Shown here: positions 45,563 through 57,082 of the stretch, in pieces
Numbering within the stretch: the first letter of the stretch is position 1
How the letters are laid out: each line of letters opens with the position of its first letter
Assembly: GCF_001194135.2 (NCBI RefSeq)
Contig: NC_068982.1
Coordinates: forward strand, 114,865,371-114,922,849
DNA from: Octopus bimaculoides
Lineage: Eukaryota
Direction of reading: 5' to 3'
DNA: 57,479 nucleotides
Made by a program: the position numbers and the translations under genes
Notes under the pieces: model-generated
The model's input: the letters and a program-made list of their open reading frames with translations, nothing else
What the model was told of the DNA's origin: nothing
The model's database searches: none

Positions 45563-45725
45563 CACACACAAGCTTCTTTCAGTTTCCGTCTACCAAATTC
45601 ACTCACGAGTTTTTGATCAGCCCGAGACTATAGTAGAAGAAACTCATCTAAGGTGTCACGAAGTAGGACGGAACTTGGAACCATGTGGTTGGGAAGCAAG
45701 CTTCTTACTATACAACCACACCTGA
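45335..45725 (-). mobile_element. SINE family 1
   Basis: Colinear with 39437-39841. Confidence 0.88.
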
Positions 45726-46473
45726 TACATATAATTTTTCTTTGCTAAATTTTGTTACTATATAACCTCCCTATCTCCTTCCTTTCTTCCCTCCTATTAG
45801 TCTCGGAAATACTACCTCCATTTCTGAGTAAAAGAAAGAAAACAGCATAAATATGCTTACTAGGCGAACTCTAAAGCAATTTCAAATTTAAATAATTTAG
45901 CTGTCGGAGTTGTCTTCCCTGTTTATCTGTCAGTTTGTCTATCTATTTATCTATCTGTCTGTCTGTCTGTGTATCTAGCTAGTTTGGTAGTGTATCGTAG
46001 CCGCCAAGGATCGTTGGCGGCTATTCAGCCTGTTCTTCTAGAAGGGCATTATGAGACTGGAACCTTGTTTTCAACTGTTCATACTTCAAATTTTTTTCTC
46101 TTCTTGATTTTCACCTCTGGTATTTTGATCTTGTCACTCATTGATTCCAGCTGATTCACAGAAACCTCAAACACATTTAATCTCTCCTTTCTACCATTAA
46201 GCTAATGTCCCCCACGCGACCTTTTGAATTAAAATGATTTGTTTGCTATATTATATTAATACCAAGTTAACTATTTCTTCTTTATACAGAAAGAGTCACT
46301 GTGTAATTCCCTCGGTCATTCTTTTGACAAAAACACAGATCTTTTTCAAATATGAACCTTAAAACTTTTCTAACATCTTTTTGCGTTAAAAGAAAATTAT
46401 ATCATCTTTTCTTCAAGGATTGCTAACAGTTACCATTAGGTTTTTGTTTTCTTCCCCCTTTCATATATGTATA

Positions 46474-46784
46474 GAGGTGTCTTTTATGTGCCACCCGCAC
46501 AAGCCAGTCCAGATCGTTGCCAGTGCCCCTGGACTGGCTTGTGCGGGTGGCACATAAAAGACACCATTTCGAGCGTGGCCGTTTTCGTGCGGGTGACACG
46601 TAAAAGCACCCACTACACTCTCTGAGTGGTTGGCGTTAGGAAGGGCATCCAGCTGTAGAAACTCTGCCAAATCAGACTGGAGCCTGGTGTTGCCATCCGG
46701 TTTCACCAGTCCTCAGTCAAATCGTCCAACCCATGCTAGCATGGAAAGCGGACGTTAAACGATGATGATGATGATGATGATGAT
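46474..46784 (+). mobile_element. RTE-LINE 3' UTR fragment with (GAT)8 tail
   Basis: Same family as 23430-23729. Confidence 0.88.
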
Positions 46785-47642
46785 ACGTATGCGCAACAGC
46801 AAATGGGTAGCAATGTAACTAGTTTTCCACTCCAGTTTGAGAACAATCGACTGTGTTACTTGATTGATGTATGTGAACTACAATACACAAATATAGTAAA
46901 TATTTAATATAAAGTGTAATCTATCCTGCTATCCCTAGTTCGGACCTTTTTCTTTCCTATTCTATTTATCATATTCATAATTATCGAGTTCCAATTTTAT
47001 ATTTAAAAAAAAGATAAGTAAATCGAATGTAAGTTATTTTAACCAGTGTTTTCAAGAAAATTGTAAAAACATTATTTTACCTCGTATCATAGGGATCCGA
47101 ACTGCAATGGTGAAGTATTCAACTAGGGATCACGAGTAAGCCACTACAGTTTTACATGACTGATCTATAAAAAGACTAATCAGCGTGAGGCAATGATGGG
47201 ATATGGTTTCTCGGACGATCTAAAATATGTTCCCCGTTTTACCCTACTTAAACTGTTTGGCACCTAACTCAAACAAACGACCTCTGGCTCTCAGGCAGAC
47301 CACTTCAAGCAAGAGACGATTTTGGACACTCACACACGATGTATTACAGTTAGCCTTCAACAAGACTCAGAGTAGTTCTCTCCTCCCAACCGGCGGATAC
47401 TGAATTTTTTTTCTCAAGATAGCCAACACTAAATCATGTTCATCAATAATTATGTTAAAAGTTAGAAGTTCACGAGTTTGCTTCATTTATTACACACACA
47501 ACCAGCTAGACCACACAACGATGGCCTTCAACAATACTACACATCAAGTTTACTATCCTATATAATGCTGATTACTAACGATTATTATTTTCTTTCGCTT
47601 TTATTCATTTACTTTTAATTTGTTGTCCGCCATATTTGATAT

Positions 47643-47683
<41 letters not shown>

Positions 47684-49057
47684 NNNNNNNNNNNNNNNNN
47701 NNNNNNNNNNNNNNNNNNNNNNNNNNNNNNNNNNNNNNNNNNNNNNNNNNNNNNNNNNNNNNNNNNNNNNNNNNNNNNNNNNNNNNNNNNNNNNNNNNNN
47801 NNNNNNNNNNNNNNNNNNNNNNNNNNNNNNNNNNNNNNNNNNNNNNNNNNNNNNNNNNNNNNNNNNNNNNNNNNNNNNNNNNNNNNNNNNNNNNNNNNNN
47901 NNNNNNNNNNNNNNNNNNNNNNNNNNNNNNNNNNNNNNNNNNNNNNNNNNNNNNNNNNNNNNNNNNNNNNNNNNNNNNNNNNNNNNNNNNNNNNNNNNNN
48001 NNNNNNNNNNNNNNNNNNNNNNNNNNNNNNNNNNNNNNNNNNNNNNNNNNNNNNNNNNNNNNNNNNNNNNNNNNNNNNNNNNNNNNNNNNNNNNNNNNNN
48101 NNNNNNNNNNNNNNNNNNNNNNNNNNNNNNNNNNNNNNNNNNNNNNNNNNNNNNNNNNNNNNNNNNNNNNNNNNNNNNNNNNNNNNNNNNNNNNNNNNNN
48201 NNNNNNNNNNNNNNNNNNNNNNNNNNNNNNNNNNNNNNNNNNNNNNNNNNNNNNNNNNNNNNNNNNNNNNNNNNNNNNNNNNNNNNNNNNNNNNNNNNNN
48301 NNNNNNNNNNNNNNNNNNNNNNNNNNNNNNNNNNNNNNNNNNNNNNNNNNNNNNNNNNNNNNNNNNNNNNNNNNNNNNNNNNNNNNNNNNNNNNNNNNNN
48401 NNNNNNNNNNNNNNNNNNNNNNNNNNNNNNNNNNNNNNNNNNNNNNNNNNNNNNNNNNNNNNNNNNNNNNNNNNNNNNNNNNNNNNNNNNNNNNNNNNNN
48501 NNNNNNNNNNNNNNNNNNNNNNNNNNNNNNNNNNNNNNNNNNNNNNNNNNNNNNNNNNNACTAGCCTGATAGACTCGGCTATGTCAAGATGGATTTATGT
48601 ATTCTTCCTCCCACTTGGAATTTTATGTATTCTTTCTCCCACTTGGATTTGAAATGTTGCCACAATTATAATATGTCTATTCTACTGTAATTTTCTGCAT
48701 TTTCGTGCAGCTGAAGATTGCTCTTCATATTGCATTTAATGTAATGCTCGCATTACTTAAATAAATGGAGTAGCATGAAACGTGCGTACTGCAATCATCT
48801 TTGAAATCCGTGTTGCTTATTTTGATTTTTTATATATATATCAGTGATCGTCTATATGTGAAAAAGGTACTTAGAACGACAGTAGTAGGAAAAACGGTTG
48901 GCAAAATCGTTATAGCATCAGACAAAATGCCTGTATTTAAAAGTCTTGCGGAGGTAAACCCAGCCGTTCATACCTCAAGAAACGATAAAATAAAGGGTTA
49001 TCATGTAGTTTATGGGGTTTAGAAAGAAATGAATGTTAATTGACCGGAAGTAACAAT

Positions 49058-49746
49058 GGATCCTTTCTGTTTAGCTGCATTTTAAAAAGTTTTTAAATTA
49101 AGTGAAAATTTTCAGATTTGGTGTATTGATGTAATATTCCACGCTGACTCTCAATGCCTAATTCACTTGTTCCAGAAATTAAAAAATAAAAAAATATTTT
49201 CAGATGCTTAAAGCTTGATGATTTCTACCCAATCTGAAAACAGGATTCGGAAGCTGTCATTTTGTGCGTGACTGCAATCGTAACACGACAAAACAATGTC
49301 AGCATTGTGTGAAACCATGTGCTTTAAGCAGTTAATAAGCGAAAAATGACTTTAAAAAGGAGTAAACAACGCATATTTTGTAGTTTTACGCATTCAATAT
49401 GCATTTAATGTGAAAAAAAAAAGAGTAAACAACACGTTTTGTAGTTTTAAGAGCAGAAAAAGATGGGTGCAAGCAGAAAAACACAGTGTAAAATATCAGT
49501 TTGTAAACACGTAGTTTTTCATAAACACTTTTCCAGCGCTTGGCTTGTTACTGTGACTTTCGAATGGCTAAACGTACCCCAAATTTGCAAACTTTAAAGC
49601 TATTAACTGTTTTGTTTATTGACTTATGTCGAAAATAAATTTCATGTCAATAATGAGTATACAAAGCTACATTAATACACCAAATTTGAAATCAATTAGA
49701 ACAAAATTGAATAAATTGAAAAATGGCAGCCAAACAGAAAAGATCC
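49058..49746. mobile_element. Candidate MITE with ~27-bp imperfect TIRs
   Basis: GGATCCTTTCTGTTTAGCTGCATTTT versus the reverse complement of 49720-49746, GGATCTTTTCTGTTTGGCTGCCATTTT. Confidence 0.55.
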
Positions 49747-50875
49747 CGGACAACAGTGACATCCCATAAATTCATAAAGGGAGAAATCTTTTGATTTTAT
49801 TGACAGAGCTCCTTCATTAAGTCGCGTCAATAGGTACCTACTTGTATAGTACATTCTAGTGATATCCTAAGTATTTCAGAAATAGCAGCTAAGGTACACC
49901 GTCCCAACTTACTATACCCAACATAAATGTAATTGTTTTCAACTTATATAAGATATAAGAATGATTTTCATGTTATATAAAATGTATGTAGATATGTATG
50001 TTGGCTTACATAGATTTGTTTACATGAAATTATAGGATATCACTGACCTCACTTCCGCTAAATGTAAGCCTTCTCAAGTCTATAAGCATAATTCAATGAA
50101 TATCGAGTCGTATATGAATGATATTCTTTACGTGCGAGCAGACTTGTTGTATCGTGGCAAAATGTCTAGTTAAAGCAAAGAAGAAGAAAAATATTCCATA
50201 ACTGAATGTGTATTCAAGGGACTAACCTGAAACTATATTTTAGCAATGCTAAAATATAATTTTATTTATTCCCTGTTTAATAACATATCTTAACCTCACG
50301 CCATTCACAAGTCTTTATGAATGGCGCGAGGTCTCTTTACAGTCAGTCAATTTAGAAAATGTTTACTTTAAGCTATATTTGTTAGCTGTTTGACTGCTTT
50401 CTAAGAACGAAACTGTTTGTATAGTTATGTGAATTTCTCGCTGTGCCCAACTTTTCAATTTGATGCAGTTTTGAATATGTTAGCAAGATTTTCACGTTAT
50501 ACAGTGAAGAAATTAGGTAATTTTAAAATTAGATTTAAATATCTACTTTAGTTTTTATTAGAGTTGTGTCGCTTGTGGAGTTTGGGTGCTAGATTAATTT
50601 CATAAAAAGTAGTATAAAATTTCAAAAATAGCTGATTGTGTTAGAAAGTAGGCCAACATATTACTAGGAAATTTTACACATACATATACACGCGTGCGCA
50701 AGTACACACACGCACACGCACACAAAAACTGTCCATGAGCACGATATTCAATAAGATTCTTAACAATACAAATTAAGATTTTATTGCATCAATACAAACA
50801 CCGCTTCACTAATATATTTTCTATCTTTATATATACTTGAATCGTACATCGGTATGGCTTCGGAAAGAGTAAAAT

Positions 50876-51025
50876 CACTAGCGTAGCTAGAGTGTGTGTC
50901 GTCTGGGGTGGCCCTTCCGTTTGCCGCCCCCGGCCCCCCCCAAAAAGCACATATTGCCTACAGCAGACCCAAAAGTGCCGCCCGGGGCGCACCGCTCCCA
51001 CAACTCCCACCTAGCTACGCTAGTG
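50876..51025. mobile_element. 150-bp hAT-type MITE
   Basis: Perfect 15-bp TIR CACTAGCGTAGCTAG and perfect 8-bp TSD AGTAAAAT (50868-50875, 51026-51033). Confidence 0.93.
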
Positions 51026-51351
51026 AGTAAAATCATTGCAGAAACTGTTTTATCATTCAAGTTCCATTTTTAATCATTCAAGTTCCATTTGAACCCGCGA
51101 GTACGTTTTAGCGAGCGCAATTTAGCTTGACTATATCCCTGAAAGATGCAAAAGCGGACGTTCACATGGGTTTGTGTTTGCGACTGAAAATTTCGAAAAT
51201 ATTTCCGTCAATTAGAGAGCCGTAAACACAAATCCATGTGGCCGCCTACTTTTGCGTCCTCCAGGAATATAGTAATAAGAAATCGTGTGAAATACAGGAG
51301 TTATAGAAATATGAAATCGCACGAGTACATTAAAAGTACATCATAACATTT

Positions 51352-51552
51352 ATTAGTTTACACGCCGGGCGAAATGCTTAGCGGTATTTCGTATGACTTT
51401 ACGTTCTGAGTTCAAATTCCGCCGAGGTCGACTTTGCTTTTCATCCTTTTGGGGTCGATAAATTATGTACCAGTTGCGTACTGAGATCGATCTAATCGAC
51501 TGGCCCCCTCCCTTAAAATTTCGGTCCTTGTACCTAGAGTAGAAAAGAATAT
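51352..51552 (+). mobile_element. SINE family 4
   Basis: CACGCCGGGCGAAATGCTTAGCGGTATTTCGT...GTTCTGAGTTCAAATTCCGCCGAGGTCGACTTTGC. Confidence 0.85.
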
Positions 51553-52156
51553 TTCTTAGTTTAGTTTTGGTGAGAGTGTCTTTTACCAGTGGCATTTCCT
51601 GATGGCACTCTCTAAATACTCAACGCATTTTCTGTGAAATCTGACAAACCCAGTTCACTAGCTGCATTTTTAAGTGTTACTACTTTACATAAAAATTTTG
51701 GCCCATCAACAGCAGATTCTTCAAAAAAAACTTTTTTTTTCATCGAGTATTAGCAGTTAGCACTACAAGTTCTGTATTTCTCCATTTTTATACTGATCAG
51801 CCAATACTAAAGGGAGAATTGCAAAACGGGGACAAGTGTGACTTAAATTCTTGGAGAAATTCTTTAGACTTTTTGAAGGGTTTCCAAATTTCTTAATACA
51901 CTGTACAAGAGTCATTTGTACACTCGCTTCAGAAACTTTTGTCATTATTAATATACAGCGCTTCCTTCTTAGGAAATATATTTTGATGAAATTTAACTAT
52001 TGAAAAGGTTTCAGAACTTGTATCAAAAGTCAAAATTTGTTCACATGAGAGGTAAGGTACTGTTATTCCACTCTAAATTCGTTACAAGGTTCACATATTG
52101 AGAATGCCAAAAGTTACGTAACTATAGAAAATACAAACCTGCACACTTTTTCTAAG

Positions 52157-52528
52157 TTGCTGTTGGCACTCCGTCGCTTACGACGTCGAGGGTTCCAGTT
52201 GAACTGATCAACGGAACAGCCTGCTCGTGAAATTAACGTGCAAGTGGCTGAGCACTCCACAGACACGTGTACCCGTAACGTAGTTCTCGGGGATATTCAG
52301 CGTGATACAGTGTGACAAGGCTGACCCTTTCAATTACAGGCACAACAGAAACAGGAAGTAAGAGAAAGTTGTGGTGAAAGAGTACTGCAGGGTTCGCCAC
52401 CATCCCCTGCCGGAGCCTCGTGGAGCTTTAGCTCAACAAACACTCACAACGCCCGGTCTGGGAATCGAAACCGCGATCCTTTGACCACGAGTTCGCTGCC
52501 CTAACCACTGGGCCATTGCGCCTCCACT
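52157..52528 (-). mobile_element. Full-length SINE family 3 with a 12-bp TSD
   Basis: Reverse complement of 44442-44829; ACTTTTTCTAAG at 52145-52156 and 52529-52540. Confidence 0.95.
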
Positions 52529-53011
52529 ACTTTTTCTAAGACACTACAATGATCTGTCATTTACTTTTGGCACAGCATATTCAATTTTTAAAAAAATCAT
52601 TCAACACAAATCTCATAAATGATAAATAAAGTTCGTTAGTTGTATTTTAGTACATACCACGTAATTTCCTTGCATAATAATTGTACCAAGAAGATCCATT
52701 TACAAATGTATTTTTAATACATCTCACTATCTAAGATATTTTTAAAGCAGTTACTTCTGGCAAACCAATCTTCTAGCAGGAGGAGAATAATTTCGAAGAG
52801 TTCCTCAACATCGTTGATTAATTTATATATTTCTATGTAAGATTCTTCTTACAGCGTTCATTTGTGGAACCAGCTGTAAGTTTCTAATAGATAGCCAATG
52901 ATAAAAGGCAATTTTTCAGCTGCATGGAATTACTATACTAAACAAAGAATTGCAGACCTTTATGAGGACCAAGTTTGGATTGTCTTAACGTGTATAAACA
53001 GAGGTTTCAAA

Positions 53012-53232
53012 TAAGAGCTGGTAGAATCATTAGCACGTCGGACGGGATGCTTAGAGGCGTTTCATCTGACTTTTTACGTTCTGAGTTCGAATCCCGCTGA
53101 GGTTAGCTTTGCCTTTTATACTTTCGGGGTCGATTAAAATGAAGTACCAGTCAAATATTGTCTCGATGTAATCCACTTGCCCCGCCCCTCAAAAACTGCA
53201 GATATTGTGTCAAAATTAGAAAGAATATTAAT
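53012..53232 (+). mobile_element. SINE family 4
   Basis: GAGCTGGTAGAATCATTAGCACG head; colinear with 51352. Confidence 0.82.
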
Positions 53233-54195
53233 TCTCACATGGCTCGGTACTATTTTTTTTTGTCATTTATTGCAATATCTAACATATACATAAATGTGTT
53301 TTACATAAAATGTTGGTTGACTCGTCTAAAATCAAGAACTGACTATTGCTTATGTCTTCTATTTGAGTGAGTAAAAAGATCAAAATACAAGAGAAAAGTT
53401 TGTTTGCTCAAATTAAGAAGAGGAAAAATTTAAAGCCTTGACACTTAATGACGACTGGTGAAGAAGAAATGTGTGTGTGTGTGTGTGTGCGCGCGCGCGC
53501 ATGTTAAAGAGGTAGAGGCAAAAAAAAGTAAGAAGTACTGACGCGAAAGCTTACAAAAAAAGACAATACTGCTATGTTAAAACTCTTAAGTAATTTGTCG
53601 TGTTTCCCACTGAAATCACGCAGTGATATTGGAAAATTACCAACAGTCAACAGACAGTTGCCTTGTAACCATTGTTAATTCGATATTATCATGTCTCAGA
53701 TTTCTTTTAAGATTAATATTTTGTCGATATTTTTCAGAATATTCCCCACTACCCAACAATCAGTTCAATGTTTCTCTTTGTGCTTAAATATATATATATA
53801 TATANNNNNNNNNNNNNNNNNNNNNNNNNNNNNNNNNNNNNNNNNNNNNNNNNNNNNNNNNNNNNNNNNNNNNNNNNNNNNNNNNNNNNNNNNNNNNNNN
53901 NNNNNNNNNNNNNNNNNNNNNNNNNNNNNNNNNNNNNNNNNNNNNNNNNNNNNNNNNNNNNNNNNNNNNNNNNNNNNNNNNNNNNNNNNNNNNNNNNNNN
54001 NNNNNNNNNNNNNNNNNNNNNNNNNNNNNNNNNNNNNNNNNNNNNNNNNNNNNNNNNNNNNNNNNNNNNNNNNNNNNNNNNNNNNNNNNNNNNNNNNNNN
54101 NNNNNNNNNNNNNNNNNNNNNNNNNNNNNNNNNNNNNNNNNNNNNNNNNNNNNNNNNNNNNNNNNNNNNNNNNNNNNNNNNNNNNNNNNNNNNNN

Positions 54196-54492
54196 CGGGC
54201 CGACCAAAGCCTTGTGAGTGGATTTGGTAGACGGAAACTGAAAGAAGCCCGTCGTATATATGTATATATATGTGTGTGTATATGTTTGTGTGTCTGTGTT
54301 TGTCCCCCCAACATCGCTTGACAACCGATGGTGGTGTGTTTACGTCCCCGTAACTTAGCGTTTCGGCAAAAGAGACCGATAGAATAATTACTAGGCATCC
54401 AAAGAATAAGTCCTGGGGTCGATTTGCTCGACTAAAGGCGGTGCTCCAGCATGGCCACAGTCAAATGACTGAAAGTAAAAGAGTAAAAGAGT
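54196..54492 (+). mobile_element. SINE family 1 (5' end in gap)
   Basis: Colinear with the family; tail GTAAAAGAGTAAAAGAG. Confidence 0.9.
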
Positions 54493-54499
54493 CTTCAAA

Positions 54500-55546
54500 T
54501 AGGTAGGACGTTTTCCTTTTTTCAGTCTCTCTCTCTTTTACTTTTGTGAAGGCTCGGTAGGTAGAAGCAGATCTGAAAGAATAGTTAATAAGGGTGCAGA
54601 GGAATGCTGGTTCTGGATATTGATTGTCTAAGCAGCAGCAGCGGAGGAAGGAGACGGCGAAGAAGAAGAAGAAGGAAAGAAAGAAAGAAAAGAAAAAGAC
54701 GGGAGTGGTATGACGGTAGTAGGCTGTTCGTGGAATCTTCTTTAATGGTCAAGTGACCTGTTGTGGTTGTAGCAGTAGTGATTGGAATTGTTCTGAATAA
54801 ATTCATGGGTAGTGAATGTTTTGAATATATTGTTTTTAATATTTGCGTGGGTATTATTCTAAGATCCTTGAAGCATTCAAAAGTGGGTTTATATTTTGCG
54901 ATAAAATGTTTCTTTGTTAATGCGCTGATTAGGTTGCATTGTCTCTGAATGCGCTGATATAGGTGGCATTGTCCCTGAATTTATAGAGGGGAAAAATTCT
55001 GAAGTTGGGTTGTTCGTTAATAGCACAAATGTCGATGTGTTCGCTTAATGGTATTTTCTGTATTCCCGAATTTTAATCTGGGATTTATGTACGGTCATCC
55101 TCTGGCGTAGACTGTTTTTGGTTTGGCCTGTGTATTGCTCTCGACACTCTGAACAACTTAACACGTATAATAGGTTTTCCGAAGCACATGTTGACCCTGT
55201 TTGAAGGAGAACCGATCCCTCAGTTAGGTTGATACATATACCACAGTTAGGTCTTCCGCATTTTTTACTGACGGTTTCAATGTTGTTGACGAGTGTACTT
55301 GGGCTTATGTTAGAAGACCTTTCATTGACTTGGGTTGTCTTTTGCTCTTTATGTTGGTGTGCGTTTCATTGTTTAGGGGGTTGTGTGTGGATATGTATGG
55401 TAGGATTTTTGGTTGTAAATCCTTCTTTAGTTTGGGATGTCTGAGATCGTAGATGTTGAATTGTAGGGCACCTTAAAAACCCATATCAGTTACTGATGGT
55501 GGGTAGTTTCCTGCTGATGAGTGTATCCTTTAGCTCATGTAGCCGT
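54500..55546 (-). mobile_element. Penelope-like element, inverted 3' portion (RT C-terminus, GIY-YIG, 3' UTR)
   Basis: The reverse complement of 55102-55366 and 55501-55546 matches 56279-56570 and 56143-56186, and continues past the point where the + copy stops. Confidence 0.85.
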
Positions 55547-55573
55547 GGCTAGAGAATTATTCTAATTACTTTC

Positions 55574-56570
55574 TGGCTAGAGAATTACCCACCAATGAAC
55601 TCCTACATCACATCAAAAAAGAATTCGTAATAGAAAGGCTAAAATTCATCTTGGAGAATAACTTTTTCGTCTTCAAAGACAACTTCTATGGACAAAAATC
55701 GGGGACTGCGATGAGTACGAGAATGGCCCCCTCCTTTGCTAGCGTAGTCATGGGATGCCTAGAAATCAATCTTTATCGTAAGGTACTAGAAAAATACGGC
55801 AATCCATTCTCACTCTACATAGAAAATAACTGGAAGAGGTATCTAGATGACTGCTTCATTCTTTGGCATGAAAGTATAGAGAGATTTTAAGTATTTCTAA
55901 ATGGACTTGACATAAACATTCAATTTACGATGGAATATAGCTATTAACAACTTCCATTCCTCGAAACCTCATTAAGAAATCCAACAACAAAATAGAAACA
56001 GACATATATTATAATCCCACGGACTCCAAGCAATATCTACCGTTCAACTCATGCCACCCCAGACATACTAGAATGAATATCACTTTCAACCTCGCAAAAA
56101 GGACTTGTACTATAGTATCTGATACAAGTACCAGGGACACACGACTACATGAGCTAGAAGATACACTCATCAGCAGGAACTACCCAACATCAATAATTGA
56201 TATAGGAATGAAGCCTTCGACACCATCCTCCAGAACATTCCTTTACTAAAAAGGACTACAGAATGACTCAACTTCTCCAAACGCACACCATCATAAAGAG
56301 CAAAAGAAACCCAAGTCAATGAAAAGTCTTCTTACATAAACCCAAGTACACTCGTCAACAACATTGAAACCGCCAGTAAAAAAATGTGGAAGACCTAACT
56401 GTGGTATATGTATCAACCTAACTGAGGGATCGGAGTTCTCCTTCAAACAGGGTCAACGTTTTACAGTGAAAAGCAATTTCACATGTGCTTCGGAAAACCT
56501 AATATGCGTGTTAAGTTGTTCAGAGTGCCGAGAGCAATACACAGGCCAAACCAAAATAAGTCTACGCCAG
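55574..56570 (+). pseudogene. Penelope-like RT + GIY-YIG endonuclease pseudogene
   Basis: YGQKSGTAMSTRMAPSFAS, WKRYLDDCFILW, TDIYYNPTDSKQYL..SCHPRH, KCGRPNCGIC, NLICVLSCSECREQYTGQT; many stops and frameshifts. Confidence 0.93.
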
Positions 56571-56900
56571 TCTTTGCCTTTACCTGTTTTAGTTGACTTT
56601 CCCCTCCACATGCTTTCTTTGGTTTGGATTTCCAGTTGCCTTCTTTGGTTTGGATTTCCGTTCGTTTATGCACTATGCGCTGTTTTACAGCAACATCCGT
56701 AATGATTTCTTTTCATCCACAACTTTTCTGGCGGCTCTTTCCATGACATCAGGAGGGGTATCCCCCCTTGTAGTCTTCCTTTTGTAATTTCTAGGCATGG
56801 CGTGTTAAACTGAAATAGAAGGGGTAAGTTGTTACATGCCTGGGATAAGTTGATACACTGTAACACTTAGCCCCGACCATGGATTTCTGGGGATTACCTC
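56571..56900 (-). mobile_element. pogo/Tigger-like DNA transposon 5' fragment (HTH-psq-like start at 56798)
   Basis: Minus-strand MPRNYKRKTTRGDTPPDVMERAARKVVDEKKSL, then a frameshift; GGGGTAAGTTGTTAC/GGGATAAGTTGATAC subterminal repeats upstream. Confidence 0.6.
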
Positions 56901-57009
56901 GTACACAACACTAGCAATGCATGGCATCCAGGACCTACCTTCATGTATCGAAGGCAACTTCCAACACTTTCTAATGAGCCACAAACTACTTCAGTAGCAC
57001 CACTTGTGC

Positions 57010-57072
57010 TTTAGCAGTTAAGGAAATAACTTTAGTAGTTAAGGAAATAACTTTAGTAGCTAAGGAAATAAC
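57010..57072. repeat. 21-bp tandem repeat x3
   Basis: TTTAG(C/T)AG(T/C)TAAGGAAATAAC units at 57010, 57031 and 57052. Confidence 0.9.
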
Positions 57073-57082
57073 TTTGTGGCAT

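Noticed and set aside
52855-52973. Two-exon model (52855-52875 plus 52921-52973)
   Set aside because: It needs a ~45-nt intron and gives no recognisable protein in any phase. Kept only as weak support for the downstream-gene idea.
54507-54525. Possible second hammerhead remnant at the Penelope 3' end (minus CTGAAAAAAGGAAAACGTC)
   Set aside because: The core lacks GA and stem II is missing; too degenerate to call.
57010-57072. Short direct-repeat arrays as CRISPR-like (also 17008-17066, 41403-41447)
   Set aside because: The units are contiguous with no unique spacers, in eukaryotic DNA; they are simple minisatellites.
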